DNA of 64,000 nt, from assembly GCF_028641065.1 (NCBI RefSeq), contig NC_073379.1, forward strand, positions 56,978,001 through 57,042,000. Direction: 5' to 3'. A program made the position numbers and the translations under genes. How positions within the stretch are numbered: the stretch's first letter is position 1; each line of letters starts with the position of its first letter. Positions 49,901 to 62,950 of the stretch are shown in pieces. The notes below the pieces were generated by a model. The model ran no database searches, was not told where the DNA came from, and worked only from the letters and a program-made list of their open reading frames with translations. This DNA comes from Leucoraja erinacea. Lineage: Eukaryota.

Positions 49901-51236
49901 AAATCTGAAATACAAGTTTGATTGAAGAAGCTGCACAATCTTCATGCAATAGATCCATGGATGATCTTGCTACATTAATGCAAATTCTTTCTTAAGCACA
50001 GTTTTAAATTTTAGAAAAAAAGTTAAATGAAAGCTTTGTTTGTGAATATTACAGTTCTCTCTAAGGGTATTTCTTCAGTCCACTGCCAGAGTTCCACATC
50101 ATTTTGTCTCTTGTGAATACTTTTTAGCTAAGTTGCCAAAGTAAACTTTACTAAATATTGTTTGAGAAGCAATCTGAACTAATTGTGCCATTGTGCCATT
50201 TTATTGAGGACAGACACAACTTCAATGTTCAAGTATGAAATAACAACTTCTTGTCAGGAAAAAAAAAAGTCACCAGTACTAGATGCATCTAAATTTGAAT
50301 GTAATCCCACTCAATTAATTACTCAGACCCAATAATCCCCACATTTAGATCACATTTGTTTATTGTCATATCTACCAGGAAGCAATGAAATTCCCATTTC
50401 TCATGAAGTTCATAGAGTATTCGGTAATGACAGATACAAAAATAAATACAGATAATGAATGCAAATCAGTAGAATGGTATAAAGATTGTTGGGCGAACTG
50501 AAATAGTAAAAATAAATTCTAAACTGCAATAACAGAATAACCAAAGGATTAGTATCACCTGATAGGTAGATTGTTTGCATATACTGTACATAGATAAGAA
50601 ACTATTTGAGAAAACTGATGAAATGTTTTAGATGTACTGAATATTCTGGTCAGAGTGTTTCTGATGTATTTGATCATTGTGGCTAAAATATGGGCCGTAG
50701 ATAAACTCGATTCATTGACATATGCCGGTAGCAAGTTTGTACCCAAACCAATCACAGGCTATACTTCTGCCTTTTGCTAAATTCAGATTCACATTGCAGG
50801 AAGGAACAGTCATACCCTACAGAAACAAGCTCTGCAGCCCACCACATCCATTCCGACCATCGTACCCATGTATAGTATTTCCATTGATCATCACTTACTC
50901 CATAGCCGTCTACGCTTTGTCTAGATATTTTTAAAAGCTATGTTTCCCTGTTTCCACCACCCAATCAGGCTTTGCATTCCAGTTTTCAATTGCCCTTTGA
51001 CTGAAAAACCTCTACTCAGAACTTTTTACTGTTTACCTGAAAGAAACCCTCCAGTTGTCGACATGATTGCCTTGCGACAAAGTTTCCCATTATATATCCT
51101 AGAATGAATCTAAATTGAGTTGAAATGTGCTCCTAAAACATAATAATTCCAATCAAACTCATCTCCAAACCCCAGGACCTAGGCATCAGCACGCCCCCTT
51201 GTGACTGAATCCTCATAGACCACAATCAGTGAGGAG

Positions 51237-51513
51237 CCTTCTGTGGCAGAGAATTCCACAGATTCACCACACAGAGAGTGGTGAATCTGTGGAATTATCT
51301 GCCACAGAAGGTAGTTGAGGCCAGTTCATTGGCTATATTTAAGAGGGAGTTAGATATGGCCCTTGTGGCTAAAGGGATCAGGGGGTATGGAGAGAAGGCA
51401 GGTACAGGATACTGAATTGGATGATCAACCATGATCATATTGAATGGCGGTGCAGGCTCGAAGGGCCGAATGGCCTACTCGTGCACCTATTTTCTATGTT
51501 TCTATGTTTCTAT
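51237..51513 (+). mobile_element. CR1 3' fragment with 5' inverted duplication, nested in a Rex1 fragment (about 51190-51790)
   Basis: 34-bp inverted repeat at 51237-51270 / 51278-51311. The Rex1 sequence (RPQSVR...TGALQ.CVLSPL...YTHDC) continues across the insert. Confidence 0.87.
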
Positions 51514-52602
51514 GAAGGCAACAAAACAAGATCCTTCACAATAATCCGCAACACTGGTGCCCTGCAAAGATGTGTTCTTAGCCCCTTACCAGTCTCCCGA
51601 TACACTCATGACTGTCCTGCTAAATTCTGCTCTAGCAGAAGTTTGCAGATGATACCATCGTAGTATCTCCAACAACAATACGATGAGTTCCAAGAAAAAA
51701 ATAGAGAGCAAAGTGGCATGGTGACAAGGCAACAACCTTTCCATCAATGTCAGCATGACAACAGAACTAGTTATTGATTTCAGGAAACAAATTAATGTAT
51801 GTACCTTTTTCCACTGTATCTTAGTACATGTGTCAATAATAAACCAACACTAATAAGACAGAACACAAGGAGGCAGCCATCATAGAAATGGAAAATGTTC
51901 TCAAATTATTATTTTTTTAATTACAGCAAAGTAAACAATCTAGTAAGTCTGTTCTACCCATTTAAACATGTCAATGGGAAACCATTTTTTGAATCAAATC
52001 ATTGCTTATTGGACATAGTTCCAATTAGTTTCTCAAAAAATAACAAACACATCAAAAATGGAAAAGATTCAATCTCTCTTTTGGTTTGAAGCCAAGAGCA
52101 GATTTAAAATTCTATTTGGAGACAATTGTGGTACATGGTTATTAGCTTTCCAAATACTTCAAAGCAATGTACTTAATCACTGTCTTCTGCAGTGATTTAC
52201 GCCTCTTGGGCACATTTAAACTGTATTCTTTACTCAGTTTCTTTTGAAGGGGAGCTGGAAGGTGGGACCGGAGAATGAGAGCAATATTTTAACATGTCTT
52301 CATCATGTCAGTAATATGGGCTAGGTGATTCACCTAGGTCTAAATGAAGAAATAAAACATAACTGTAATTTTGTGCGCCATTAATTTGAGCAGGTCATAA
52401 ATTTAAAAATGCTCCCTTTACATCATGTTTTTTATGTGGACATTTGGTCTCAAATGGAGAAACAAGAGATGGCAAAGACTGGGATTTGGAGCTAAAAAAC
52501 AATCTGCTGGAAGAACTCAGCAGGGTAGGCAGTATTGGTAGAGAAATGGGAATATCTTAAGAATATATTAATTAAGAATATCCTTAATTAAGGATGTTCT
52601 TT

Positions 52603-52815
52603 TAGGAAGGAGACGAAGAGAAATGTATTTAGTCTGAGAGTGGTGAATCTGTGGTATTCTTTGCCACAGAAGGCTGTGGAGGCTGTAAGTGGATATTTTT
52701 AAGGCAGAGATATGTAGATTCTTGATTAGTACAGGTGTCAGAGGTTATGGGGACAAGGCAGAAGAATGGGCTTAGAAGGGAGAGATAGAGCAACCATGAT
52801 TGAATGGACTAGACT
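52603..52815 (+). mobile_element. CR1 3' fragment
   Basis: gagagtggtgaatctgtgg...ggttatggggacaaggcag. Confidence 0.8.
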
Positions 52816-52964
52816 TGAAAAATTACAAAAAGGTTTTCCTGTTTTATGATCGGTTGAGGTACTTTCTCTCTTGACCCAAGATGGAAGGCTTACCAGGATT
52901 ACCCACATGCATAACCCCACATGCATAAGCAATGATTGATTTGATGGGTTAAGATGTTAAAGAT

Positions 52965-53295
52965 CCGGTAGGCGGCGCGGCTCTGGCCAGCAGCGGCCTC
53001 TGCAGCCTGTCCGCGTTTTTATTATTTTTTGTCTGTGTTTCTGTGTAGTTTTTGTTATTTTATGTTGGGGTGTGTGTGTGGGGGAGTGGGGGTGGGGTGG
53101 GAGGGGGGGGGAAACTTTTTGAATCTCTCCCTGCACTGAGACCCGACCTTTTCTCGTCGGGTCTCAGTCGTCGTTGAGGCCGTAACGAGGAGCGGCCTCC
53201 AACAGGAAGAGACCGGGGACTCAGGTGACGACTCACCTCACCGTCGCGGAGCTGGCCGGGTCCGGAGCGGTGGAGGAGCGCTGCTGCTGCTGATG

Positions 53296-53345
<50 letters not shown>

Positions 53346-53855
53346 GGAGAGTCGGAGGCTCCAACGACAGGTCTGTGGACGGCGGCACCGGGAGCCCGCG
53401 GCTCCCTGGAGAGAGACCGCTTTTCGGGGCTTCTGCGGCGGCGAATTCTCCCGCCCGAGTTGCGGGGTCGAAGAGCTCCTGGAGCGGGGCCTAGCACCGC
53501 TGCCCCGCGCGGCTGGAATGGCCGCGGACTCTGCGAGCGCACACCGGGGGCATCAACACCAAGACCCGGTGTGCGACCTCGCACCACCCGGCGTGGCTTT
53601 AATGGCCGCGGGACAATCGCCATCGCCAGCCGGGGGCTATGACTTTGACTCTGACATCGGGGGGGGGGGGGAGAGTGGCAGTGGAGAGATACGTTTATTT
53701 GGCCTCCATCACAGTTATGTGATGGATGTTTATGTTAAATGTAATTATGTTGTGTCTGGGGTCTATTTGTGTGTTATGTATGGCTGCAGAAACGGCATTT
53801 CGTTTGGACCTCCAGGGGTCCAAATGACAAATAAATTGATTCTGATTCTGATTCT
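52965..53855 (+). mobile_element. GC/CpG-rich non-autonomous retroposon with internal (CTG)n and (GATTCT)n tail
   Basis: Abrupt GC-rich block. The 3' end gcatttcgtt...atgacaaataaattgattctgattctg resembles tails at 18590-18655 and 37740-37795. Confidence 0.65.
53281..53343 (+). repeat. Interrupted (CTG)n, about 21 units; reads (CAG)n in the pre-mRNA
   Basis: Directly visible. Confidence 0.95.
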
Positions 53856-54454
53856 AAAGGCACCACACCAGAAATTAGCTTCTGCTACTGAAATTAAAAT
53901 CAGCTGAGGAGAAACTCAGTATAAAGCAAATCAGGTTGGTTTTAATGGCTAATATTGCACTTTCTGATCGTCCTGCAGTGGTAGGAAGATGGTGGGATGA
54001 GCAAAGACAAGAGGAAAAATCTCTGCAGCTCACCCTTACTGCAGTGTAATTATGTGGCAGAGTCTGACTCTGGAGTTTGCTGTCTGACTCATGACAATGG
54101 AACATTTCCACATTGTGGAGTCTGACACCTAGTGGCCTATTTGGAAACTAACTAAATGAAGAATGGAGTTCAACTTTGGTGATTAATAAAATACTAATTA
54201 ATAATATCTCACCGTAAATTAAAAGTCAGATGGTTCTCCATCCTAAAGCAAATCAGTGCAGCAGAAGGACCAAGAAAATTGGCCTTAAATACTGATTTCA
54301 GGTTCAAGTAATTATGACCACAATGGCCTGCTGTGTCCCAACCTGCTCGGTGTTGAAAATGTTTTGAATCATGAATCTATTATTAAAATCACTGGGCACA
54401 TGCAGCAGTAACCTGGGCAAGAGGATTTGAAATAATTAAAAATGACAGACACAC

Positions 54455-55265
54455 TAGCCTGATTCGGGAATGAAGGAAGTTGCAGAAAGTTATGAATATT
54501 GCCTGGTCCATTATGGGCACTGACCTCCCTATCATTGAAGGGATCTACAGGAAGTATTTCCTCAAGAAAGCAGTTAATGTCATGCAAGACCCACGCCAGC
54601 CTGGCCATGTTCTCTGCTCACTGCTACCAGTTGGAGGAAGGTACAGGAACCTGAGAATGATTACCTCTAGGTTCAAGAACAGAAGGAAGCTGCCAAGCCA
54701 GCAGACCATGAATGTACATCACATCCGATGGAGGTGGCCGGCAAGTGGTAGCCGCTGAGCTGGCTCATGCTTGGCGGTCCGTGACCTGGGAGTGGAGCCC
54801 GCTGAGCTGCCGCCGCATATCCCCCGAGGCCTAGAGACCAGGAGGATGGAGCCGACGATAACGACGGAGGCGACAGGAGAGGAATGAGACCGGTAGGAGA
54901 GCAGAGGTCTAGTCCACCATGCCTTCAAGGTCTGGAGAACAAAGGTGAACAGGCAAGGAGAGGACATTGGTTGCGAGTCGACCATGGAAGGCTGAAGGTC
55001 CGCAGCAGCCTGGGTCTAGCCTGAATAACACCTGGAGCACGAACTGGACTTGGAAAATTGCGTCAAAACATGGCGCCTCTTGCATGCGGGCTCAGTAGGC
55101 TATTTCTGTATAATTGCTAATCGAGGATGAGCTAAGGTATGGCAATACTCTACAGGGCTGTTTGTAAGAAAATAATTTAACTGCGGTGTGGCACATCGCA
55201 CATGTGACAATAAAGCACCATTGAACGAGAGCTTCTTCCCATCAACCATCAGGTTCTTGAACCAC
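54455..55265 (+). mobile_element. Rex1/Babar 3' fragment containing a nested non-coding retroposon (about 54675-55228)
   Basis: ORF 54480..54758 reads to TSRFKN, and SFFPSTIR resumes at about 55230. The insert ends in catgtgacaataaa. Confidence 0.72.
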
Positions 55266-55597
55266 CCTGCACAGCCCTCACTGCAACTACACCAAACTAT
55301 GACCTTGCACTACTAAGGTTGATTTAAGTACTTTAGTATTTGCACTGTCATAGTCTAGTTTACTTAGAACGATAATTTATTGTATATTTGTTGTTATTGA
55401 TGCATCTAATTGCCTTTAAAGCTGCAACATTAAGAATTTCATTGTTCCGGTTCATTTCCGGTGCATATAACAAATGAACAGTCTCAAATCTCTTGATACT
55501 CTTAAAGAATGTCTTTTATATCTTCCTCATAACCTCTTTATGGTAAAATACTTCTGAAGTGAGTCATATATAATTCAGGAAATGCTGTAACCAACAT

Positions 55598-56356
55598 ATG
55601 GGCCTGTCTTACTTAGGCGATTTTTCAGGCGATTGCCGATGACTGTGAAATCGTAGTCGGTTGTTGAAAATCCGGCGACTGGAATGGCGACTGTCAGACT
55701 GGAACACACACACATCACTTCCTTCACCAGCCAGCTATGCAGGCGGGGGGCAGGGCAAGCGGGGGGACGCTGTCTGAATGAAATTCACACGGTGCAAAGC
55801 CAATGTGATACAGACGCACACCACGATGAATAGGAAGGTTGGCGCTGTAATTAAGACGGTGAAAGCACAGTGTGCGAGAAGGATCACTTCCTTTAAAAGA
55901 GGGAGGGGAATGGGGGCAGAGGTAGAAGGGGGGAGACAGGGTAGGGAGGAGGAGTGGAGACAATGTTTAAGAAGCCAGAGATACACAGCTGTGAAGCTCG
56001 GCGGACATTAAAATTACCAGTCGGTTATCCTTGGTTTTGAAAACTACTGTTTACGTTTTTTTTCCCCAACGAGCCAATGAAATTCACCGGTCAGCACCGG
56101 CGACAACCTACGAAAACCTACGACAACCTTCGACCTCCTGGCAACCCACTACCACTGCACCTACGGCACGAGAATTCTCGTTACTCTCCATGGCAGCTTC
56201 ATTCTATTCGCTGCTAATTATTCAACATGTTGGAAAATTAGCGGCGACCAGAATGAAGCCGCGACTAGTTCCGAGCATGAAGGTGACTCCCCGGCAACCA
56301 CCCGACTGCATATGTCTGCATAGTCTCCTGTAGTCGCCTAAGTGGGACAGGCCCAT
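55598..56356. mobile_element. Non-autonomous DNA transposon (PIF/Harbinger-like MITE)
   Basis: 23-bp TIRs ATGGGCCTGTCTTACTTAGGCGA / TCGCCTAAGTGGGACAGGCCCAT (21/23 match). No transposase; TSD imperfect. Confidence 0.85.
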
Positions 56357-56744
56357 CACACACTGAAACTCCAAGAATAATGTGGCAATAAATGTTAATC
56401 TGTTTCAGCAGAATTGGGGAAAATATCACCCAGAATATTACAGTGGAATGGTACTGCTGCCTCTGTCCACCAGTGACTTGAATTTAATCATGATTTCTGG
56501 TGCCGTCTCTATCTAGTTTGCATATTCTCTCAATGATACCTTTAATGTAGGTGGTGGATGGAGAATGAGGGGAAATTGATTGATAGGTGGGAGAGAATAT
56601 ATTGCAGGGAAATAGGTGAAGAATGGGATTGATTAGATTGCTTTGAGAGCCAGTATAAACATGATGGACATCTCAGATACCTCTCCTACTCTTCTTTAAA
56701 ATAGTGATGCAAGATTCATAGTGTAACCTGATATCCTACTTAAA

Positions 56745-57062
56745 ATAGACAATAGACAATAGGTGCAGGAGTAGGCCATTCGGCCCTTCAAGCCAGCATC
56801 ACCATTCAATGTGATCATGGCTGATCATCCACAATCAGTACCCCGTCCCTGCCTTCTCCCCATGTCCCCTGACTCCGCTATCTTCAAGAGCCCTATCTAG
56901 CTCTCTCTTGAAAGTATCCAGAGAATCGGCCTCCACCACCTTTTGAGGCAGAGAATTCCACAGACTCACAAGTCTCTGTGTGAAAAAGTGTTTCCTCATT
57001 TCCGTTCTAAATGGCTTACTCCTTATTCTTAAACAGTGGCCCCTGGTTCTGGACTCCCCCAA
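56745..57062 (-). mobile_element. CR1 3' fragment, (CTATTGT)n tail
   Basis: ORF 56835..57062. Confidence 0.92.
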
Positions 57063-57289
57063 AATAACCGATAGGACTTCTATTTAATCTCATGTCCAAA
57101 ATGAAGACACTCCAGCAATGTCATTTTCCTTCAAAATTGGACTGGAAAGTCAGAGCAGTACAGCACAGACACAGGCCATTTGGCCCAACATTAACCCCAT
57201 TTATTTTCATGCACCCTACAATTCAATTAATTTCCCTGGAGAATCTATCACTCACCCACATGCTAGCAACCAATTAGCCTACCGACCTA

Positions 57290-58283
57290 CACACTGTCAG
57301 CATGGGAGCACATCAAGGCTGCGTGCTCAGCCCCCTGTTGTACTCACTCTATACTCATGACTGCGTAACTGGCCATAGTGTGAACTCCATCATCAAGTTC
57401 GCTGACGACACAACTGTTGTGGGATGTATCACTGATGGAGATGAGTCAGAGTATAGAAGTGAGATTGACCGTTTGACCAAATGGTGCCAGCACAATAATC
57501 TGGATTTCAACACCAGCAAAACCAAGGAACTGGTTGTGGACTTTGGAAGGGGTAGGATGGGGACCCACAGTCCTGTTTATATCAACGGGTCGATGGTGGA
57601 GAGGGTCAAGAGCTTCAAATTCCTGGGTGTGCATATCTCTGAAGATCTCTCCTGGTCCGAGAATACTGATGCAATTATAAATCATCAGCGCCTCTACTTC
57701 CTGAGAAGACTACGGAGAGTCGGTATGTCAAGGAGGACTCTCTCAAACTTCTACAGGTGCACAGTTGAGAGCCTGCTGACCGGTTGCATCGTGGCTTGGT
57801 TCGGCAACTTGAGCGCCCAGGAGCGGAAAAGACTGCAAAAGTAGTAAACACTGCCCAGTCCATCATCGGCTCTGACCTCCCTTCCATCGAGGGGATCTAT
57901 CGCAATCGATGCCTCAAAAAGGGTGCCAGCATCATCAAGGATCCACACCATCCTGGCCACTCGCTCATCTCCCCGCTGCCTTCAGGTAGAAGGTACAGGA
58001 GCCTGAAATCTGCAACGTCCAGGTTCAGGAATAACTACTCCCCCACAGCCATCAGGCTATCAAACTCAACACAAACAAAACTCTGAACATTAATTGCCCA
58101 TTGCACTTTATCTGATTATTTATGTGTGTATATATATATATTCAATAGTACATGGCCACACTGATCTGTTCTGTATTTATTTATGCCTACAATATTCTGT
58201 TGTGCTGAAGCAAAGCAAGAATGTCATTGTCCTATCTGGGACACATGACAATAAGCTCTCATGAATCTTGAATCTTGAATCTT
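57290..58283 (+). mobile_element. Rex1/Babar LINE, 5'-truncated, (GAATCTT)n tail
   Basis: QGCVLSPLLYSLYTHDC...IIKFADDTTVVG...KTKELVVDF...FKFLGVHI. Confidence 0.92.
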
Positions 58284-58607
58284 GGCCCTGCCGTTGTACC
58301 GCCAAAATAAGAGAGAAAATTCTAAATCCTCAAAGTGGCAATCCAACTTAAAAGCTGATCATTCTTGAAAAAATGTGCGAGTGGATCATAGGGATCTTGG
58401 GATCAACAATAATTCAGATTCATTGAAGGCTTCCGGTTGATGCTATTTTTTTGTCTCTTAGAAACTGACCATGGATTTTCGGCACATTGGTGTTTTGTCT
58501 AAATTGTGACTGAAGGAAGCTGTTAGGAACACAATAAAATCATGTGTTTAACGCATCATCCCCAAGCCAGGTTACTCTACTGGACTATTCAGTCTGTGTC
58601 TCCCACA

Positions 58608-59151
58608 TCATAGAAACATAGAAAATAGGTGCAGGAGTAGGCCATTCGGCCCTTCGAGAGTGCACAGCCATTCAATATGATCATGGCTGATCATCCAACT
58701 CAGTATCCTGTACCTGCCTTCTCTCCATACCCCCTGATCCCTTTAGCCACAAGGGCCACATCTAACTCCCTCTTAAATATAGCCAATGAACTGGCCTCAA
58801 CTACCTTCTGTGGCAGAGAGTTCCAGAGATTCACCACTCTCTTTGTGAAAAATGTTTTTCTCATCTCGGTCCTAAAGGATTTCCCCTTTATCCTTAAACT
58901 GTGACCCCTTGTCCTGGACTTCCACAACATCAGGAACAATCTTCCTGCATCTAGCCTGTCCAACCCCTTAAGGATTTTGTAAGTTTCTATAAGATCCCCC
59001 CTCAATCTTCTAAATTCTAGCGAGTACAAGCCGAGTCTATCCAGTCTTTCTTCATATGAAAGTCCTGACATCCCAGGAATCAGTCTGATGAACCTCCTCT
59101 GTACTCCCTCTATGGCAAGAATGTCTTTCCTCAGATTTGGAGACCAAAACT
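58608..59151 (-). mobile_element. CR1 (HER1-like) 3' fragment
   Basis: ORF 58700..59071; same subfamily as 6646-7394 and 45713-46509. Confidence 0.94.
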
Positions 59152-60446
59152 TTTTAAAGAAAAGATAAATTCCATGAATAATTATATATTTCTATCTGGG
59201 GTCTTATAGTCATCTCATGACATTCAGTCTGAATTTATTCTGCAAGATCAGCATGATGCCTTGGCAGCATTGTAGGCAAGACAGTCAAGAAACTATTCTG
59301 TATCCCTCGGGTCCATTGCTGCCAACGGGCCTCAGAGCAACTGATTACATTACGGAAACCAGCCCACTTTTTGAAAAGGAGCCTCGCCTTTCATAATTGA
59401 TTTTCTTAAATCTTAGAGTGAATGAAGGACTTTGAGGTTCCTGATGCAAACTAAATGCCAGGACTCTGTTGCAAATGGAAGCAATGCTCACGTTAAATCT
59501 TCCAACCTTGGGAATTGAGATGGGGGTTTCCTTGGGCACCAGCATTCCTTTGGTGTCAAAGGAAATTCATGGCAAGAATTCACACAATGCTGCCAGTGTA
59601 GGCACTAAAATTAAAGCAGAAACATAGACCAATATTCTACTGCGGTAACTGATATATTTTAATCCTTTGCTTTAGCTCTGGCAACAGCTGGCTCTTTAAA
59701 TTAGATAAAGGGCACATTTTTAAAGTAACCAGTGCTAAGAAAAGCAGGCTACTTAAGACCCAGGGTCAGTCTGTCAAGGTGACCAGAATTTCGTTTCATT
59801 GTAAAGCACGACCCAGATTTAGCAGCATCAAGCATTAGCCAATTAGTGTGATGCTTGCATTTCCAAACAGAGGTCACCGACTGTAGAGCAGTGGCGCATA
59901 AAGGAAACACGCACTTATTGTTTAATGGTAAGCTCTGAATGCATTCTGGTTGTGTACCAGCTGCATGCTGCTTTGAGAAACCCCATGAAAACACTGACAA
60001 ATATCACTTTTGGGCTGCAGTTCTGGGCCAGCATTGACCTGGGGATTGGTGCCACACCCTTGAGGGTTGGTGCCACAGCAGTTATTACATTGATGGATAC
60101 ATTTTCACTCTCTCAATGCAGCAGGACCACTCTGCATATTGCATATCTCTAACCAGAATATAGTATCCAGAACCAGAGTACAGAATATAGTTCTCATCGT
60201 TGTAGTGTAACATTTCCACAGAAGATGTCTAATGATCATAATGAGGTAGGTTGGAGAATGAGGACTGTACCCTGCCTTATGGAAGGACCATTCAGAAGTA
60301 AGCATTCAGGAGAGAAGAAAGTGTTTCTGATACTGGTGGTATGCACTTTCAAACTTTTGTACCTTCTGCCTGATGGGAGCGATGAGTAAAATAAAAGACC
60401 TGGTGAGAAAGCTCCTTCATTATGTTGGCTGCTTATGTCCTTGATT

Positions 60447-60983
60447 ATAGACACAAAATGTGGGAGTAACTCAGCGGGTCAGGCAGCATCTCTGGAGGAA
60501 AGGAATAGGTGACGTTTCGGGTCAAGACCCTTCAGACTGAGAATCAGAGGAGAGGGAAACTAGAGATATGAAAAGGTACAAAGAACAAATGAATGAGAGC
60601 AGGAGGAATCACAGAATGTGTGCAGAGAGAGGGTTGTTGCGGAACTCTTGTCGGAGAGAGGGGAACTTCTTCAAAGTAGGCATACCTTGAGGAGAAGGTA
60701 GACAAAACTGCTGGAGAAACTCAGAGGGTGAGGCAGCATCTATGGAGCGAAGGAAATAGGCAACGTTTTGGGCCGAAACCCTTCCCGAAACGTTGTCTAT
60801 TTCCTTCGCTCCATAGATGCTGCCTCACCCGCTGAGTTTCCCCAGCATTTTTGTCTACCTTCGATTTTCCAGCATCTGCAGTTCCTTCTTAAACAAATAC
60901 CTTGAGGAGATGTTGCAGGGGAGCTTACAAATGTGTAGGAAGGAACTGCAGATGCTGGTTTACACCGAAGATAGACACAAAAT
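60447..60983 (-). mobile_element. PLE partial-tandem pLTR copy hosting a younger fold-back pLTR (60696-60896, 14-bp TSD)
   Basis: atagacacaaaat is repeated at both ends; ATACCTTGAGGAGA at 60682-60695 and 60897-60910. Confidence 0.88.
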
Positions 60984-62214
60984 CAGTTCTTATGTTGGCT
61001 GACGTTTGGATGTTTCTTTAACTAGAAAGGAGCATTCTTACTGATTACACGAAGCTTTGAAATGTTGCTTTCAAATTTGATGAACAGATTTCCTCTCCGT
61101 GTGGGCAAATAGATGAGAATCCAGGCGTGCCCTGGCATTGTTGGCACTGGACTCAATCATGTTTTTCCAACCAGTGAACTTTCCATCAATGCTAGAAGGA
61201 AATTCATTCTAAGTCTATCCCACATGGATATCTGTTTATTAATGTCATGCAAACTAATTAAGCGCAACACATTTCCCATCATTAGCAACCTAGCCACGCT
61301 GGGAAGAAGGAACAGCTGCGCATTTTGGGCAAGTGGCTTTACCTCAGCTCTCAGAAAGGGCTTAAAATTTTAATCCATTGTTGTAACTACCAAGGTTGGC
61401 AGGGTAAAATAATGTTCAATATTGCTCCAAGGCCATCTAATTTCACTCGCTGATTGGCACCCAGCAACAGCAATTAAAGTCTTACCCTTCCATTATCCAT
61501 GTGAAGCAGGTGCTCCAAAAGCACAACAAGTTAATGATGAAGAAAGGTTAAAGCTCCCTTCACTGGAGCAGAGATATTGAAGGTAATTTCAGGTTCCCAA
61601 AATGTCTTTAAGATATTGTAATGAGTCAACTTGAACACACATCAAGATACAACACATATTTACTACTGTACTAACAAACACTATAATTGGCTAGTATGAA
61701 ATAGCCAATCTACAGATGTTAACTGCACAAGAAACTAAAGATTGTTTTCAAAAGTTGGTAAATTGACACAAATATACATCCCGATAATATTATTTGAAAA
61801 GGGGAAGGAAATGTTCACACCAAATGTTATAAGTTTGTGGAATGCTTTGGTGTGGTAGCTTTTGAGTCAACCAGCACAACATAAATGGGATTGGAATTGT
61901 ACTTCTATCTGGAAAAAGATAGAGGTAACATGAAAGAGTACAGAGAAAGGTTGGGTAAATCCTGCAACACTAGCATAGTGGACAAATTCACAGGCCTGAC
62001 CTAAAGCAATGAGGACAAGCCCAAATCCTAGCAAAGCAGGGTCATTAAATTGAGTTATTAAATAATGTGAAACAATGAAAAGAAAGCTAATATGAATTAA
62101 CAGTAATCAAAATCGAATAAGTGTAAATGCCGGTCAAGCAGCACCTTTTGGGAAGAAAAAAGCGTATTAATGGTTTAAGTCAAGGACCCTTCATCAGAAC
62201 ACGACATCACACAG

Positions 62215-62950
62215 ATTCAGATTTGGATTCAGATGAGTTTATTATCATATACACCACGGTGCAATGAAATTCCTTGTTCACATGAAGCTCATAGAGTAAC
62301 CAGGATATGCTATACAGTAATGATAGATACAAAAATAGAAAGAACACCAAATGCTCAGCAGCAGAATGGTGCAAAGATTGTTGTGTAGATCAAAAGAACT
62401 GTAGTGCAATAACAATGAGGTTGAGTTAAGAATAAGAATACATGGCAGCACTTCCAAGAAGAGCATATGAAAGGGGTGATTAGTTCAGGAGTCCAATAGC
62501 TCTGGGAAGAAGTTGTCCTTCAGTCTGAATGTCCAGGGTTCCAAGCTCCTGTATCTTGTTCCAGAAAAAGGGAATGGCCAGGGGAGAAGGCATCCTTAAC
62601 AATACTCCCAGCCTACCTTGTGCAATGCACCGTGAAGCTAGACAAGATGGAAGGAAGTGATGAGCCTATGACGACTGGGTCGTCTTCACCACTCTTTGTG
62701 GGTTCAGATGGTCAAGAGCAGAGCAGTTGCCAAACCAGGCTGAGATGCACCCCATCAGAATGGTTTCCATAGCGCATCAGTTCAAAAGAATCCTCATGGA
62801 CATGCCAAATCTTCTCAGACACCAAGGAAGTAAATTCACTATTGCCTATTCCTGATCACCACAGTTTAAAGGATCTAAGATTTACCTAGATTGCTGGTAA
62901 TATGGATGCTCAAGTACCTGAAGCTGTCACCCAGCAGCTTCATTGTTCAG
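62215..62950 (-). mobile_element. Decayed Rex1/Babar 3' fragment
   Basis: FRYLSIHIT...LRRFGMS...WFGNCS...VVKTTQS remnants and a (GAATCT)n-like tail. Confidence 0.68.

Noticed and set aside
53060-53907. Long poly-Leu/poly-Ala ORFs
   Set aside because: Products of the CTG repeat and GC-rich retroposon; no domain or splice support.
62100-62200. Older hammerhead-like remnant (CTGATGAAGGGTCCTTGACTTAAAC, minus strand); similar at about 47815
   Set aside because: The GAAA box and stems are degraded; a fossil PLE end, not a ribozyme call.
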